Of a stretch of 64,000 nucleotides of DNA, positions 25,450 through 37,730 are shown piece after piece. Each line of letters begins with the position of its first letter. Position 1 is the stretch's first letter. Position numbers and translations under genes: made by a program. The DNA is taken from the NCBI RefSeq assembly GCF_037042905.1, contig NC_087250.1:15688001-15752000 (forward strand), in the 5' to 3' direction. The stretch is from Lytechinus pictus (taxonomy: Eukaryota). The notes below the pieces were generated by a model. That model was not told the DNA's origin, did not search any database, and saw nothing but the letters and a program-made list of their open reading frames with translations.

Positions 25450-25765
25450 GGTACAGTTTGTAGATATTTGTCAAAGCCATCCACTAAAGGCCTCATTCAT
25501 GCACCTTGGAATACCAGAAAAGGATATTCAAAGCTGCAGGAAATTCAAAACTCTGCAGGCTGTCTCGTTTCCCTCACTAAAAAAACATGAGCATATTGCA
25601 TCAACATTGCCCATCAAATTTTGCATACAGTTAAAAAATCTTCCCATAACATTCAAAATCTTTGTGGTCATGCTCCAAAATATCTTTCTGAATTAATCCA
25701 GGCACACATTCCCATTGGGTCTCTTCGTTTTGCAAATCAACATTTTTCAACTGTCAAAAAATAAC
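25450..25765 (+). mobile_element. Decayed L2 LINE fragment
   Basis: KLQEIQNSA..LV / KKHEHI motifs; resembles 18574-18750. Confidence 0.6.
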
Positions 25766-26052
25766 TGCTCTTACTACTCAGGAAAGCTCATGGAATGTCT
25801 GCACTTCATATATCAATCTTATAATTGAGATAATTACAATTGACTTATCGTTGATTTCATTGTTTTTTTTAATTTCTTGACTCATTATGTTGTATATATT
25901 AGTATGTAAGGGGAATCACTGTTTTGCAAGTCATAAGCTTTTATTGTCATTCCCCAGCCACATCTTAATGTATATTACCGCTTTGTATTCTATGAAATTA
26001 ATAAATGAATTCAATCGAAGAAAAAAAAATTTACTACAATTTTTATTCTCAC

Positions 26053-26267
26053 CATATTTGTAGAAGTAATATTTCGGGACAGCCACCCCGATCTCTCCTG
26101 TGTCCACGCCGGTTGTGAGCCGAAGAGGGGTCCGCTCTTCATCAGCGTCAAATACACATGACTCACTCACTATTAGAGTAACGTTTTTTACCATACCTCT
26201 TCGGGGAAAACCGCCATCAACAGCCGCTAGGCGGACAGTCACATTACTCAGTAGCTCATCACGTTGG
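26053..26267 (-). CDS. Exon 16: cadherin-like unit 2, C-part plus linker
   Basis: VQRDELLSNVTVRLAAVDGGFPRRGMVKNVTLIV... (AxDGGxP motif); phase 2-1, donor gtgaga. Confidence 0.88.
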
Positions 26268-26603
26268 CTTGAAAAGATAAATAAAACAAATAAGGCACCA
26301 TGTCAAGTCAGAGCTGCGTCTTTCCAAAGCGGCCTAATTAAGAATTCTCACACCTAACGATAGACAAAACAACAGGGAACGCAGGAAAGCTGCGGTGAAA
26401 AGACGCATAGTGGCCTTAAAGCCAGATTCCTGCAAAAAAATATGACACAGACTTTTTTACATGATACCTATGATGAACTGAAAAAAACAGACACAGAAAG
26501 AAACTTAGTTAACAAGTATTCAACAGGAATTTCATACATACCGGTAATGGCCCAATTAACACTCAAAGAAGCTAAAATAAGTCTTATGAGAATAAAAAAA
26601 TAC

Positions 26604-26640
<37 letters not shown>

Positions 26641-27336
26641 TATATACATATATATATGCATATATACATGTATATAAAAGAGACAAAGAGGTAATGCATT
26701 GCAGTTCCAAGTAAGTTTTTTTCAAAGTATTCTCCAAAATTTTTTACGCAAACCTCACGTTTTTGTCAGAGATACAAAGCTGACTGTGAGCTTTGTATCC
26801 CTGACGAAAACATGAGGTTTGCGTCGAAAATTTGGAGAATACTTGGAAAATACTATGATGGAACTGCAATGCATTACTTCTTTGTTTCCTCATCTGTGTC
26901 CAACACGCGGAATGTAATATCGTTACATATGAGCAGCTTGGTTTTTCGCGTATTGGCAATAATTAGACATTAGAAACAAGACAGGAATGATAATATTCAC
27001 AAGTAATTCATGTTTGCATTGCCAACATGTTCTTTAAAAGAGAATCCAAATATTCACTAGGCATCTACCTTCTTTGGGGATGAACCGTGAAATGAGAGCA
27101 GTTTTAAAGACAATTTTATTGTTGTTTTCAATATAGCATGTACAATCTCAGCTTGACTAAGGTGACTGCTATAACGTGTGCAAAATACTGTAATGAAGGG
27201 AGCACGCTTTGAATAATAGGTTAGAAATTACATATATAGTTATACATGTATATGCACATATATACACAAGAGCAGACAGTGTCAAGTATTCCTTTCCAAG
27301 TTATAATAATAATTATGATAATAATAACATGCAACA

Positions 27337-27623
27337 TCTATAACTTTTGAAGGTTTCCATGGCAAAGAAGAATAGTGTAGTAGGTTTCACGGTACACCAT
27401 GTAGCTTTCTTGGGCAAGTGTTGGTCCTGAAAAGGACCACCCAATCTCGACGTTTCGACAAGTGTGCTCTTGTCGTCTTCAAAAAAAACTTTTAGAAACT
27501 TTGCTCACTCTCCTGATGATGACGAGAACACACTTGTCAAAACGTCGAGATTGGGTGGTCCTTTTCAGGACCAACACTTGCCCAAGAAAGATACATAGTG
27601 TACCTTGAAACCTACGACACTAT
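27337..27623. mobile_element. Penelope-like terminal repeat in inverted arrangement with minimal hammerhead ribozyme motifs
   Basis: About 110-bp inverted arms (27372-27481 and 27514-27623), each carrying (C)TGAnGA-stem-(G)AAACGTCGAGA; flanking ATGCAACAT direct repeat. Confidence 0.75.
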
Positions 27624-27624
27624 G

Positions 27625-27880
27625 CAACATTTAAATACAATAGCACTTCATACAATGTTTCTTAGCACTGCATTCTATTACCTTGGCTAAGCACAGCTAT
27701 CCTGATTGGACGCTCGAGCATTCAAGGAATTCGTTCCTACCGGGGTACCCATTTACTACACTTGGGTGGAGAGTGGCAAATGTAGGTGAACTTCTTGCTG
27801 AAGGAAAACACGCCATGACTGGGATTAGAACCCACGTCCCTTTGATTGAAAGATGAGAGTTGTAACCACTAGACCACAAC
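27625..27880 (-). mobile_element. tRNA-SINE, reverse; tail split by the Penelope-like insert
   Basis: CCTACCGGGGTACCCATTT core, GGGATTAGAACCCACG box B; (TAA)n tail at about 27303-27327. Confidence 0.7.
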
Positions 27881-28095
27881 AACCCTTAAACTTGGAACAG
27901 CTTTATGAAACACCAACCACCAGGCTCTTTGTAAAGATACAAGAGACCTTACAAACGACTGGGGATTCTTCCTTGTGGTAAATGATACACACAGATTTTC
28001 GTTGGTGTTGATCTCGTTCCCAGGGATCACTACTAACTTACGAACAGCTTTAGGAAACACCCACCGGGTGTGAGAACACCTTCAGAGCAACTTAC

Positions 28096-28259
28096 ACAGA
28101 ATGGGCTACTTCTGAATAATATGATATCATGGCGTTATGTCCTTGATCATTGTCGTAAGCATAAACAGTTTCGATGTATTGTTGGAATACTGGGACTGGA
28201 TAAAAGGTGTGGTTTCCAGGGAACACTGGGCATTGGTCATTAGCATCGTCCACATAAAC
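28096..28259 (-). CDS. Exon 15: cadherin linker and unit 2
   Basis: VYVDDANDQCPVF...TVYAYDNDQGHNAMISY (DxND-xPxF and AxDxDxGxN calcium motifs); phase 0-2, donor gtaagt. Confidence 0.9.
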
Positions 28260-28261
28260 CT

Positions 28262-30335
28262 ACAAAAGGACATGAAAGCATAATAAGTACAATTATATAA
28301 AGCTATTAAACTGGGCAGCGGTCATTATTATCATCCATATAGACTTATGGTAGGACATGAAAATATAATTATTATAAAGTAACTTATTATCTGGGTATTT
28401 GTCATTTTTATCATCCGCATAAACCTATGATAGGGCATGAAAGCATAACAAGTACCATTATAAACTTATTAAATTGGGATTGCTCATTATTATCGCCCAC
28501 ACAGACCTATGATAAGACATGAAAATATAATTATTATAAAGTAACTTATTATCTGGGTATTTGTCATTTTTATCATCCGCATAAACCTATGACAGGGCAT
28601 GAAAGCATAACAAGTACCATTATAAACTTATTAAATTGGGATTGCTCATTATTATCGCCCACACAGACCTATGATAAGACATGAAAATATAATTATTATA
28701 AAGTAACTTATTATCTGGGTATTTGTCATTTTTATCATCCGCATAAACCTATGACAGGGCATGAAAGCATAACAAGTACCATTATAAACTTATTAAATTG
28801 GGATTGCTCATTATTATCGCCCACACAGACCTATGATAAGACATGAAAATATAATTATTATAAAGTAACTTATTATCTGGGTATTTGTCATTTTTATCAT
28901 CCGCATAAACCTATGATAGGGCATGAAAACATAACAAGTACCATTATAAACTTATTAAATTGGGATTGCTCATTATTATCGCCCACACAGACCTATGATA
29001 AGACATGAAAATATAATTATTATAAAGTAACTTATTATCTGGGTATTTGTCATTTTTATCATCCGCATAAACCTATGATAGGGCATGAAAGCATAACAAG
29101 TACCATTATAAACTTATTAAATTGGGATTGCTCATTATTATCGCCCACACAGACCTATGATAAGACATGAAAATATAATTATTATAAAGTAACTTATTAT
29201 CTGGGTATTTGTCATTTTTATCATCCGCATAAACCTATGACAGGGCATGAAAGCATAACAAGTACCATTATAAACTTATTAAATTGGGATTGCTCATTAT
29301 TATCGCCCACACAGACCTATGATAAGACATGAAAATATAATTATTATAAAGTAACTTATTATCTGGGTATTTGTCATTTTTATCATCCGCATAAACCTAT
29401 GATAGGGCATGAAAGCATAACAAGTACCATTATAAACTTATTAAATTGGGATTGCTCATTATTATCGCCCACACAGACCTATGATAAGACATGAAAATAT
29501 AATTATTATAAAGTAACTTATTATCTGGGTATTTGTCATTTTTATCATCCGCATAAACCTATGATAGGGCATGAAAGCATAACAAGTACCATTATAAACT
29601 TATTAAATTGGGATTGCTCATTATTATCGCCCACACAGACCTATGATAAGACATGAAAATATAATTATTATAAAGTAACTTATTATCTGGGTATTTGTCA
29701 TTTTTATCATCCGCATAAACCTATGATAGGGCATGAAAGCATAACAAGTACCATTATAAACTTATTAAATTGGGATTGCTCATTATTATCGCCCACACAG
29801 ACCTATGATAAGACATGAAAATATAATTATTATAAAGTAACTTATTATCTGGGTATTTGTCATTTTTATCATCCGCATAAACCTATGATAGGGCATGAAA
29901 GCATAACAAGTACCATTATAAACTTATTAAATTGGGATTGCTCATTATTATCGCCCACACAGACCTATGATAAGACATGAAAATATAATTATTATAAAGT
30001 AACTTATTATCTGGGTATTTGTCATTTTTATCATCCGCATAAACCTATGATAGGGCATGAAAGCATAATAAGTACCATTATAAACTTATTAAATTGGGAT
30101 TGCTCATTATTATCGCCCACACAGACCTATGATAAGACATGAAAATATAATTATTATAAAGTAACTTATTATCTGGGTATTTGTCATTTTTATCATCCGC
30201 GTAAACCTATGATAGGGCATGAAAGCATAATAAGTACCATTATAAACTTATTAAATTGGGATTGCTCATTATTATCGTCCACATAGACCTACATTTATGA
30301 TAAGACATGAAAGCAAAACATATATCATTATAAAC
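28262..30335. repeat. 162-bp tandem repeat (dimer of about 81-bp subunits), about 12 copies, filling intron 14
   Basis: AACTTATTATCTGGG recurs at 28381, 28543, 28705 and onward; copies nearly identical. Confidence 0.95.
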
Positions 30336-30424
30336 TTGGGGTGTGTTCAATGTCAAGGAGTAGCTAATATCGGTATAATATATATTTTTTAAGCTTTGAA
30401 ATAGACAAATGTACATGTATGTAC

Positions 30425-30582
30425 CTCAATGAATAGGAAGGTTGGATGGTCTCGATCATAAAGTTTGTCAAACCTTAGTTTTACTTGGTAAGCAGGCTTT
30501 TCTTCATGGTCTAAGATAAGATTCGTGATGACTGTAACATTACCTTTCCCATACCATACGGCATTATCGAGGTTCGGGGATT
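30425..30582 (-). CDS. Exon 14: cadherin-like unit 1 (C-terminal half)
   Basis: ...GNVTVITNLILDHEEKPAYQVKLRF...TFLFIE (LDxE motif); phase 1-0. Confidence 0.85.
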
Positions 30583-31176
30583 CTAAAAAGAAACGCAAAG
30601 ATATCATTCAATTAATTCATTTGTATTTGGAAATACCCGCTGAGAATCTTTCTCACTTTCAGTTAAGTTAAATTTAATAAATAAAGGTTAGAAGAGAGGA
30701 TGAAAAAGGATGTTGGTATAAAGGGACCATGCATGTTTTATTGATAAAGTTCTGCTTCTTTTGTGTTCAATGCATATTTTGTTAATGGCAATCCTTACAT
30801 TTGTATTTGATATTTAATCCTTTGTATAAGTTTGAATGGAAATGAAATGACGAATTGAATCAAGGCAACTTCAGTTGTTAAGGGTATGGTTTGAGATTTT
30901 GGGGCAGCACACCCATACCCTTTCTAAATCCACATGCCAGTCTGAAGTGACACGACATCTGCTCCGGTCTCAAATATCAGCGGGCATAGGGTTATAGCAA
31001 TTGTAGTAGAGTTTTTGATTCAGAATAAAAATGTAAAGATAAGGATTACGGTTTATTTAGTTGTGGAGGTTAGGTTTAGGTTTGGCTTAATGTGAAGATT
31101 TTCCATTGGAGCAATCGTTGCCACAGCAAATATCATGGAACCCGCTACACCCCCCTGTTTCCCACCTAAGACTCAC

Positions 31177-31287
31177 CCTGGGTGCAATTTCTTCCTGTCC
31201 ATGCCCCTGAGCACAGGCATGTGTATGAAGTATCATTCAACATACAAGTTCCTCCATTAAAACAAGGATCCGGATCGCAAGCATCAC
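31177..31287 (-). CDS. Exon 13: EGF domain
   Basis: GDACDPDPCFNGGTCMLNDTSYTCLCSGAWTGRNCTQ; phase 1-1, donor gtgagt. Confidence 0.92.
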
Positions 31288-31719
31288 CTTGAATTAGGAA
31301 GGAGAAACAATAATTGTCAGTAATGAGCCAGTTCGTAGTTCCCTTCTGCGCATGATCAGAAGAAGATCATTGGTACTAAGGTGACATGCTGGTTTAATAT
31401 TTACTTCGATAAGCACTAACTTTGATGTCTTGATTATTCTTTCATTCTTTAGAATTGTTTTTTTCATTACATCCACAAAAAAACAGCAATGCGTCCACTG
31501 TTATTGTTTCAACATGCTAGTGCCTTTGAAGTAGAAATGCGACATATACACTGTACCTTCTTAGATCATTAATTGGTGTGCTATTCTTGTCAACTGGTCT
31601 AGTCAATGTCTTCATCCTGCTATGTTAGGCATGCATACATAATATCTTTCTTTGAAATCTGCCTATCATGATGAAAGAAAATCAAGGTCATTTGACCAAG
31701 CCCATGAAGTAACTATGAA

Positions 31720-32760
31720 CTGGTCTATAATATTGGTCACAGGCATACAGATGAGTGCGGGATAAGTTTGGGGACTGAGAAAAGAAAATAAGGAAGAATA
31801 ACAATCAAGTTAAATGATGAGGGGGGGGGGGGAGAAGGTAAAGGTAAAGTATGCAATCACTTTCAAGATGTACCACCATCATAAAAGTACCTCCATGAAA
31901 ACAAGGATTTGGATCGCAAGCATATCCTTCAATCAAGGACAAAGATAGCCAAAAAATGTCAGTAATTTCTTGATTGATTTTATTCACAAACTATGATATT
32001 TCAACTACAAAAATCAATTTTTTTTCAAGTATTAAAGTACCTTGTCAGGACAACCAATGAAAGCTGAAAAGGCTTATTTCTAATAGGGTTCTTTAGTAAG
32101 AAAAGTTGATCACAGGTATACAGAGGACAAGATGGAGCACTGAGAAAGGAAAATAAAGAAAAAAACAAGGGATATGATGGGGAGAAAAAGGTGAAATTTT
32201 ATAACTGCTTTCAAGAAGTACCGCTCATTATACAAGGATTCAGATTGCAAGCATCATCTTCAATCATTAAAGAGAAAGAAAACAAACGCATGTCAGAGAT
32301 TAATAGATCTATTGGTTGATTTTACTCACAAGGTATGAGCACAAGAATACACTTGAAAAATATCAAAAACCCTCCAAAGTATTACATATGAAAGGGTCCT
32401 TTAGTAAGAAAATTGGTCACAGGCGTGCAGATGAAAAGGGGATAATTTTGAGGATTAAGAAAGGAAAAAAAACAAAAACAAAAATGGGGAAAAACAAGGG
32501 GAATGACAAGTGAAAGGGTAATATATATATATACAGTCATTTTCAAGAAGTAACGTTCATCATAAAAGTATCTCCATTGAAACAAGGATCCGGATTTCTA
32601 GCACCTCATTGAATCAGGAAGGAATTAGAAAACCGATAAATCTCAATAATAATATTGATCACAGGCATGATCTTAAGATGAAAGAGGGATAATTTTAAGG
32701 ATTGAGAAAGGAAAATGAAGACAAAGATAAACGTGGGACATGCAAGGGAGGAAAAGGATA
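31720..32760. repeat. Three degenerate copies (about 340 bp) each containing a pseudo-exon fragment of EGF exon 13
   Basis: Minus-strand translations GYACDPNPCFHGGTF (about 31885-31926), DACNLNPC (about 32232-32257), ARNPDPCFNGDTF (about 32565-32605). Confidence 0.78.
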
Positions 32761-32782
32761 AAATATGCAACCGTCATGTTAA

Positions 32783-33518
32783 CCCATATTAAACTGGGGG
32801 GGTCAATTTGACCCCCCCCCTTGACAAATTTCGTCACTATGCCGTCGCGCCAAATTTTTTTACTGCACTGCTCGCTGACTTTTTACTTTCAAGTCTTGCG
32901 CATCTTTTGAAAACCAAATTTGCGATGCCCGGGTACTTGGTTCCGAAATTACACAACATTTTGTAAGTGCATGTCAGACCCGATATTGCTCAAAAACGTG
33001 ATTCCGTGTACAAAGTCAATACAAATTGTGTTTTTCAACCAAAAATCATAAATGTATGATTATTTTCATTTTTGTTGGTTTTAATGGATTTATTTTATGC
33101 TATTTATGATCGCAAAACGGTCCCTGACAAAGTTCATTGGAAAAAACAATAAAAAACAAAGGTTTGAAAAAACAAAGAAATTTTTTTTTGTAGATATTTG
33201 TTAGAAATGTAAGAATTGATACTCCCACCAAAAATTTGCATTCTTCTAGCTATATAAATTGAGTTAAAGGCAAAAACATACACAAGAACCCAAATTAGGG
33301 CAAATTTCATATGCTTATTTGCATAATTAATTAATAAAAAAATATAAACAATTAATATTTTGAAAAGTTTTGTATACAGTCTTGTAGTTTACATCCGGCT
33401 CTACGCGTGTGCAAATTTTCGCGGCGATTGCGCAATCAGCGGCCAAGATCTGAGGGGGGGTCAAATTGACACCCCCCCCCAGTATATACTGGTCCGAAAT
33501 AGCCCAGTTAAGATAGGG
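32783..33518. mobile_element. piggyBac-like non-autonomous element
   Basis: TTAA|CCCATATTAAACTGGG...CCCAGTTAAGATAGGG|TTAA with subterminal GGGGGTCAA-TTGACCCCC palindromes; fragments at about 36050-36398 and 51040-51400. Confidence 0.82.
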
Positions 33519-33616
33519 TTAAGTCTGTCGCATAATGAGATTTTCATTTTGAAAGCATTTACTCTCTTGCAAATATAGGGTGGATCTAGAGCCTTCAAAA
33601 ATATGTAAATTAATAC

Positions 33617-33754
33617 CTTTTATGCAGGGGACAAACTCGACTCCATCGACCGAATCAAAGTGAAATCCACTGAAGTCCTTTGTGGAGTCCTCTGCGTATT
33701 TCGGCCAAGTTCCCTTGTTTGAATATGGCTTCAAGGTGACCACTGGTCTTTCTA
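33617..33754 (-). CDS. Exon 12 (candidate): linker between kringle 3 and EGF
   Basis: tag|TAG tandem acceptor, open frame VERPVVTLKPYSNKGTWPKYAEDSTKDFSGFHFDSVDGVEFVPCIK, AAG|gtatta; phase 1-1; no recognisable domain, so support is weaker. Confidence 0.55.
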
Positions 33755-34248
33755 CTACAATAGATGAGATACATAGAGGCATTGGTACAGTTACACAGGA
33801 TCGGGGCCCCATTGCATAAAAGTTACCATAATGGTAACTTTGCCATCTTATGGTAATGTGCATGGAATTCTTGATTCTGATTGGCTGTTGATCATCGTTA
33901 CAATTGGATGGCAAAGTCATCATGATAGTAACTTTTATGCAACTAGGCCCTGGTGGGGTAAATAAGGGGGCAAAAATCCCCTCACCCTTGGAACCTTAAT
34001 CATGTTAGCCCAACATGTGCCCCCCATGTAGGTCCTGATGACCCCCCCCCACCCTTACTAACGGCCCAATTTTCACACCTTTTAAAGGCAAGTGACGGGG
34101 AGGGGTATATCTAGAAAATCACTTGCACTTTTATATTGGAAAAAAGTGGCACAGGCCTTTCCAAACTTATTATTAAACGTTTTTTCTGAATTTCACAGTT
34201 TTCCCTGAAATTCCTCATGGCCTGTATTTTCATAAAAAGTTTCAGTGT

Positions 34249-34526
34249 GGAGCGTTGTGGCCCAGTGGATTAGTCTTCGGACTTTGAAACAGAGGGTCGT
34301 GGGTTCGAATCCCAGCCATGGCGTAATTTCCTTCAGCAAGAAACTGATCCATAGTGTGCTGCACTCAACCCAGGTGAGGTAAATGGGTATCGGTAGGAAG
34401 TAATTCCTTAAAAAGCTGTGTGCGCTATGAACGCCTAGCTTAGCCGGGTAATATAGGAGCGCCTTGAGCACCTAACAAGGTGGATATGTGCGCAATATGA
34501 ATACCCTATATTATTATTATTATTAT
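34249..34526 (+). mobile_element. tRNA-SINE
   Basis: Box A TGGCCCAGTGG, box B GTTCGAATCC, (TAT)n tail. Confidence 0.85.
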
Positions 34527-34873
34527 AAGAATACCAAGGTGATAGAATTTGTAAATAATACTGGTTGTTATCTTAACATTGTGAAAAAGTTAACCCCTAA
34601 ATGTAGATTAAACTTTTGTAAAAAAAATCTCTTGCGAACCCATTCACCAGGTGGGCATTTCATAAAGCCGTTTGTCGGTTACAATTGACTTAACCTAAGA
34701 CTGGTGACCCCTGCTTATGCTAAGTGATGTTAACCTATTGCTGACATCACACCTGAGAACAGGTTCCAGTCATGTGTAAACTCGCAAGTAACTTTGTGAG
34801 ATACCTGCCTGGTCAGCGGGTGTCGCCCTTAATCCCAAAGGCTTTATAATTGTGTTGTCAATTAGAACTCATA

Positions 34874-35187
34874 GGCCCGTATTCTGAAGTAGGGTTTAAC
34901 TTACACTCAGGTTTAAAGTTGTGGTTTAAGTATGGACAGCTAAGTTACATAAATCCCTAACAGTAGAGATACAGTATAATATTTCACCTCATTTGGCTCT
35001 TAAATCATTCATAATGGTGTAGGAAGTATAAATAGATTATTTTCTTCACCATTGATGAATCAGGAAAGAGCAAAGTAAACAGAAGAAACATACAATTTAA
35101 TAAAAATGTTGACACCTTTGGCTTCCCATAATTTTAGCACAGAGTTAGACCATGGTCTAAGTTAAACCTGACTTCAGAATACAGGCC
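34874..35187. mobile_element. PIF/Harbinger-like MITE
   Basis: ATA|GGCCCGTATTCTGAAGT...ACTTCAGAATACAGGCC|ATA (3-bp TSD). Confidence 0.8.
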
Positions 35188-35379
35188 ATATAAAGAAAAC
35201 AAAATGCCTACGAGTATAGACCTTATGCATGTGACATCATAACCTCAAGGTGCCCTCTATCAGAGGATATAGGAATACACGTAAAGAGAGTAGTCAAAGT
35301 AGGCACCAACTGCAGATCACCAATGCAGGCAAGACAGTGGCTTCAGCCTCTAACACGGCGGCGTGATGATGTCAGTGCA

Positions 35380-35646
35380 TAATAATAATAGCTGGATTTA
35401 TAAAGCGCTTTTTGCCAGAGGATACAAAGCGCTATTATTACCCCGGCTTTAGCTCGAGCTACTGTCACCAGCGCTCAGTGCACGCAAGGAATTACTCCTG
35501 CCGGGTAACCATTCACCTCACCTGGGTCGAGTGCAACACAGTATGGATAAATTTCTTGCTGAAGGAAAATATGCCATGGCTACGATTCGAACCCACGACC
35601 CTCTGTTTCAAAAGCGAGAGTCAGAACCACTAGACCACGACGCACC
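35380..35646 (-). mobile_element. tRNA-SINE, reverse
   Basis: Reverse complement of the 34249 family. Confidence 0.8.
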
Positions 35647-35729
35647 CACATAAGGTCTATTTTGTAAAATATAGAGGATGAATATCTTTTAAGCTACACG
35701 AATGTATCCCTCCTACTGGAGAAACATAC

Positions 35730-35996
35730 CTTTTTCAAAAGTAGCTTTTGAGTTTTTCACGCAGGCAGGGTGGTAGATGCCGACCGGGCAATATTCCCAC
35801 GGAACCAAAGGGTCCGTTGTGTAACACCACGGGGTAACACGCATGCCGATATTCGAACAATTGTTGTGGTCGCCCTCATGAGATGTATAGGGATGCTCGT
35901 GGGGGAATTGCGATGACCAATACTGGCATACCCTACCGCTGACAGTCCAATTCACCACTCCACCGTAATTCTCCAAGCGTCTTGTCAAATTGCAGA
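35730..35996 (-). CDS. Exon 11: kringle 3 (divergent)
   Basis: VCNLTRRLENYGG...SGRVCQYWS...HNNCSNIGMRVTPWCYTTDPLVPWEYC...C; phase 1-1, donor gtatgt. Confidence 0.9.
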
Positions 35997-36643
35997 CTTG
36001 TTAACAAAACAAGTTAAAATAAAAGATCAAAAGAATATCATGATTCAAGAGATTTATTTCATGATATTTATGATCGCAAAAGGGTCCCGACAAATAATCA
36101 GAAAACAATAAAAAAAGGTTTAAAAACAAAAGAAAAACATAAGAATTTTAAAAAATACATCATTAATTACATTTCGCAATTTCTTGTGGATATTTGTCTG
36201 AAATCTAGAAATTGATACTCTCACCAAAAATTAGCATTTGACAAGCTATATAACTTGAGTTAAAGGCAAAAACATAAACAAAAACCCAGCGATCGCGCAA
36301 TCAGCGGCCGTGATCGGGGCGGGGGGGGGGGGGGGGTCAAATCACCCCCCTAGTATATCCTGGTATGAAAAAGCCTACATGTAGTTAAGATAGGGTTAAA
36401 CCAAAGCTGTAAACTAGAGCGAAAATCAAACTTATCGCTAAGAATATGGGCCATAATATTTTTATTAAAAAAGGAAAATGAAGCCTGTTCCATGCCGTAA
36501 AGGTATCTACTGTGAGAGATTTGTTTCATGCATTAGTTAAACCAAAGCTGTAAAATAAGAGTTAAAATCAAAACCAGAGCCAAGAATACCGGCCATAATA
36601 TTACAGAAAAAATATTGGAAAATGACTCCTATTCATGCTTTAA

Positions 36644-37110
36644 TGGGGAAGTTTGCCTGAGAATAAGTATGATGTAAAATTAGCAGAAAAAAATAATAAA
36701 ATGTATTGAAGGTTTGAAGAGAACCATCAGAGATGAAACACAGTTTTAAAAATATTACTTTTTTTATGTGTGGCGTCATATGTGAGCAGCTTCCCCATTT
36801 ATATTGAAGTAAAGAAGAAATCAGTAAAATTAAATTTGCTCAAAATATTGAAAATAGTTTTTATTGTGCCTCTAGTATATTAACAGACTAATATTATATA
36901 CCTGAAAAAAGCAGTTATCATGAAGAATTTATGCATTTATATTTATACACAACATATGGGGAAAGTTGCTCGTACAGTATATGACACCACAAATCCAAAA
37001 CTTAAAATTCTAACAACTTTCTCAATCTTTGATGGATTTTCCTCAAACCTTCACTAACATATTTCTCTGGTATTTTTACCAAGAACCTTTCTACAAGGCG
37101 ACCTTCCACC
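36644..37110. mobile_element. Kolobok-like MITE (family of 55505-55984)
   Basis: TTAA at both ends, degenerate long TIRs; ends about 12 bp from the exon 10 donor. Confidence 0.65.
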
Positions 37111-37124
37111 TTAAAGGTATTTAC

Positions 37125-37406
37125 CAAATTCAGCTGACACATTGACGCATGAAGATTGATTTGGCAAGAGTCGGCATTCTTCAAACCTCGTGTTTGGATT
37201 GGTGGTGTAACACCAGGCTGTCGAATCCCCTGAATCCGGGTTCCGGCAGTAGTTCTCCACCAGCCCTGCATCCGGGTATTGACTCACTTTTGTGTGATGG
37301 TGCGGCGATGTTCGATCCCACCGCTGGCACTCTTTGCCGTTTTTTGTCGTGTTGATGAATCCCCTGTAATCTCTCCCCTCGCTGTCTGTAAAGCACTCTT
37401 CCCATT
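37125..37406 (-). CDS. Exon 10: kringle 2
   Basis: ECFTDSEGRDYRG...CQRWD...[28 protein letters not shown]...C; phase 1-1. Confidence 0.93.
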
Positions 37407-37442
37407 CTACAAGGTGAGGGGATGATGTCACAGTAGTATTTA

Positions 37443-37730
37443 TAATAATTATAATATTAATAAACAGTTCTTGTATAGCGCATATCACATTATGATTATG
37501 TCTCCATGCGCTTCCAAGGGACTTGAATATTATCGCCCAGCCTTTAGCTTGGCGGCCGTATTTACTTACAGCACCCACGTATTTCAAGGTACCCATTCAC
37601 CTCACCTGGGTTGAGTGCAGCATAATGTGGATGAATATCTTGCTGAAGAAAACTACGGCATGGCTGGAATTTGAACCCACGACCCTTTGTTTCAAAGTCC
37701 AAAGACTAACTCACTGGGCAAGCACGCTCT
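37443..37730 (-). mobile_element. tRNA-SINE, reverse
   Basis: GTACCCATTCACCTCACCTGGGTTGAGTGCAGC core; GAACCCACGACCC. Confidence 0.75.
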
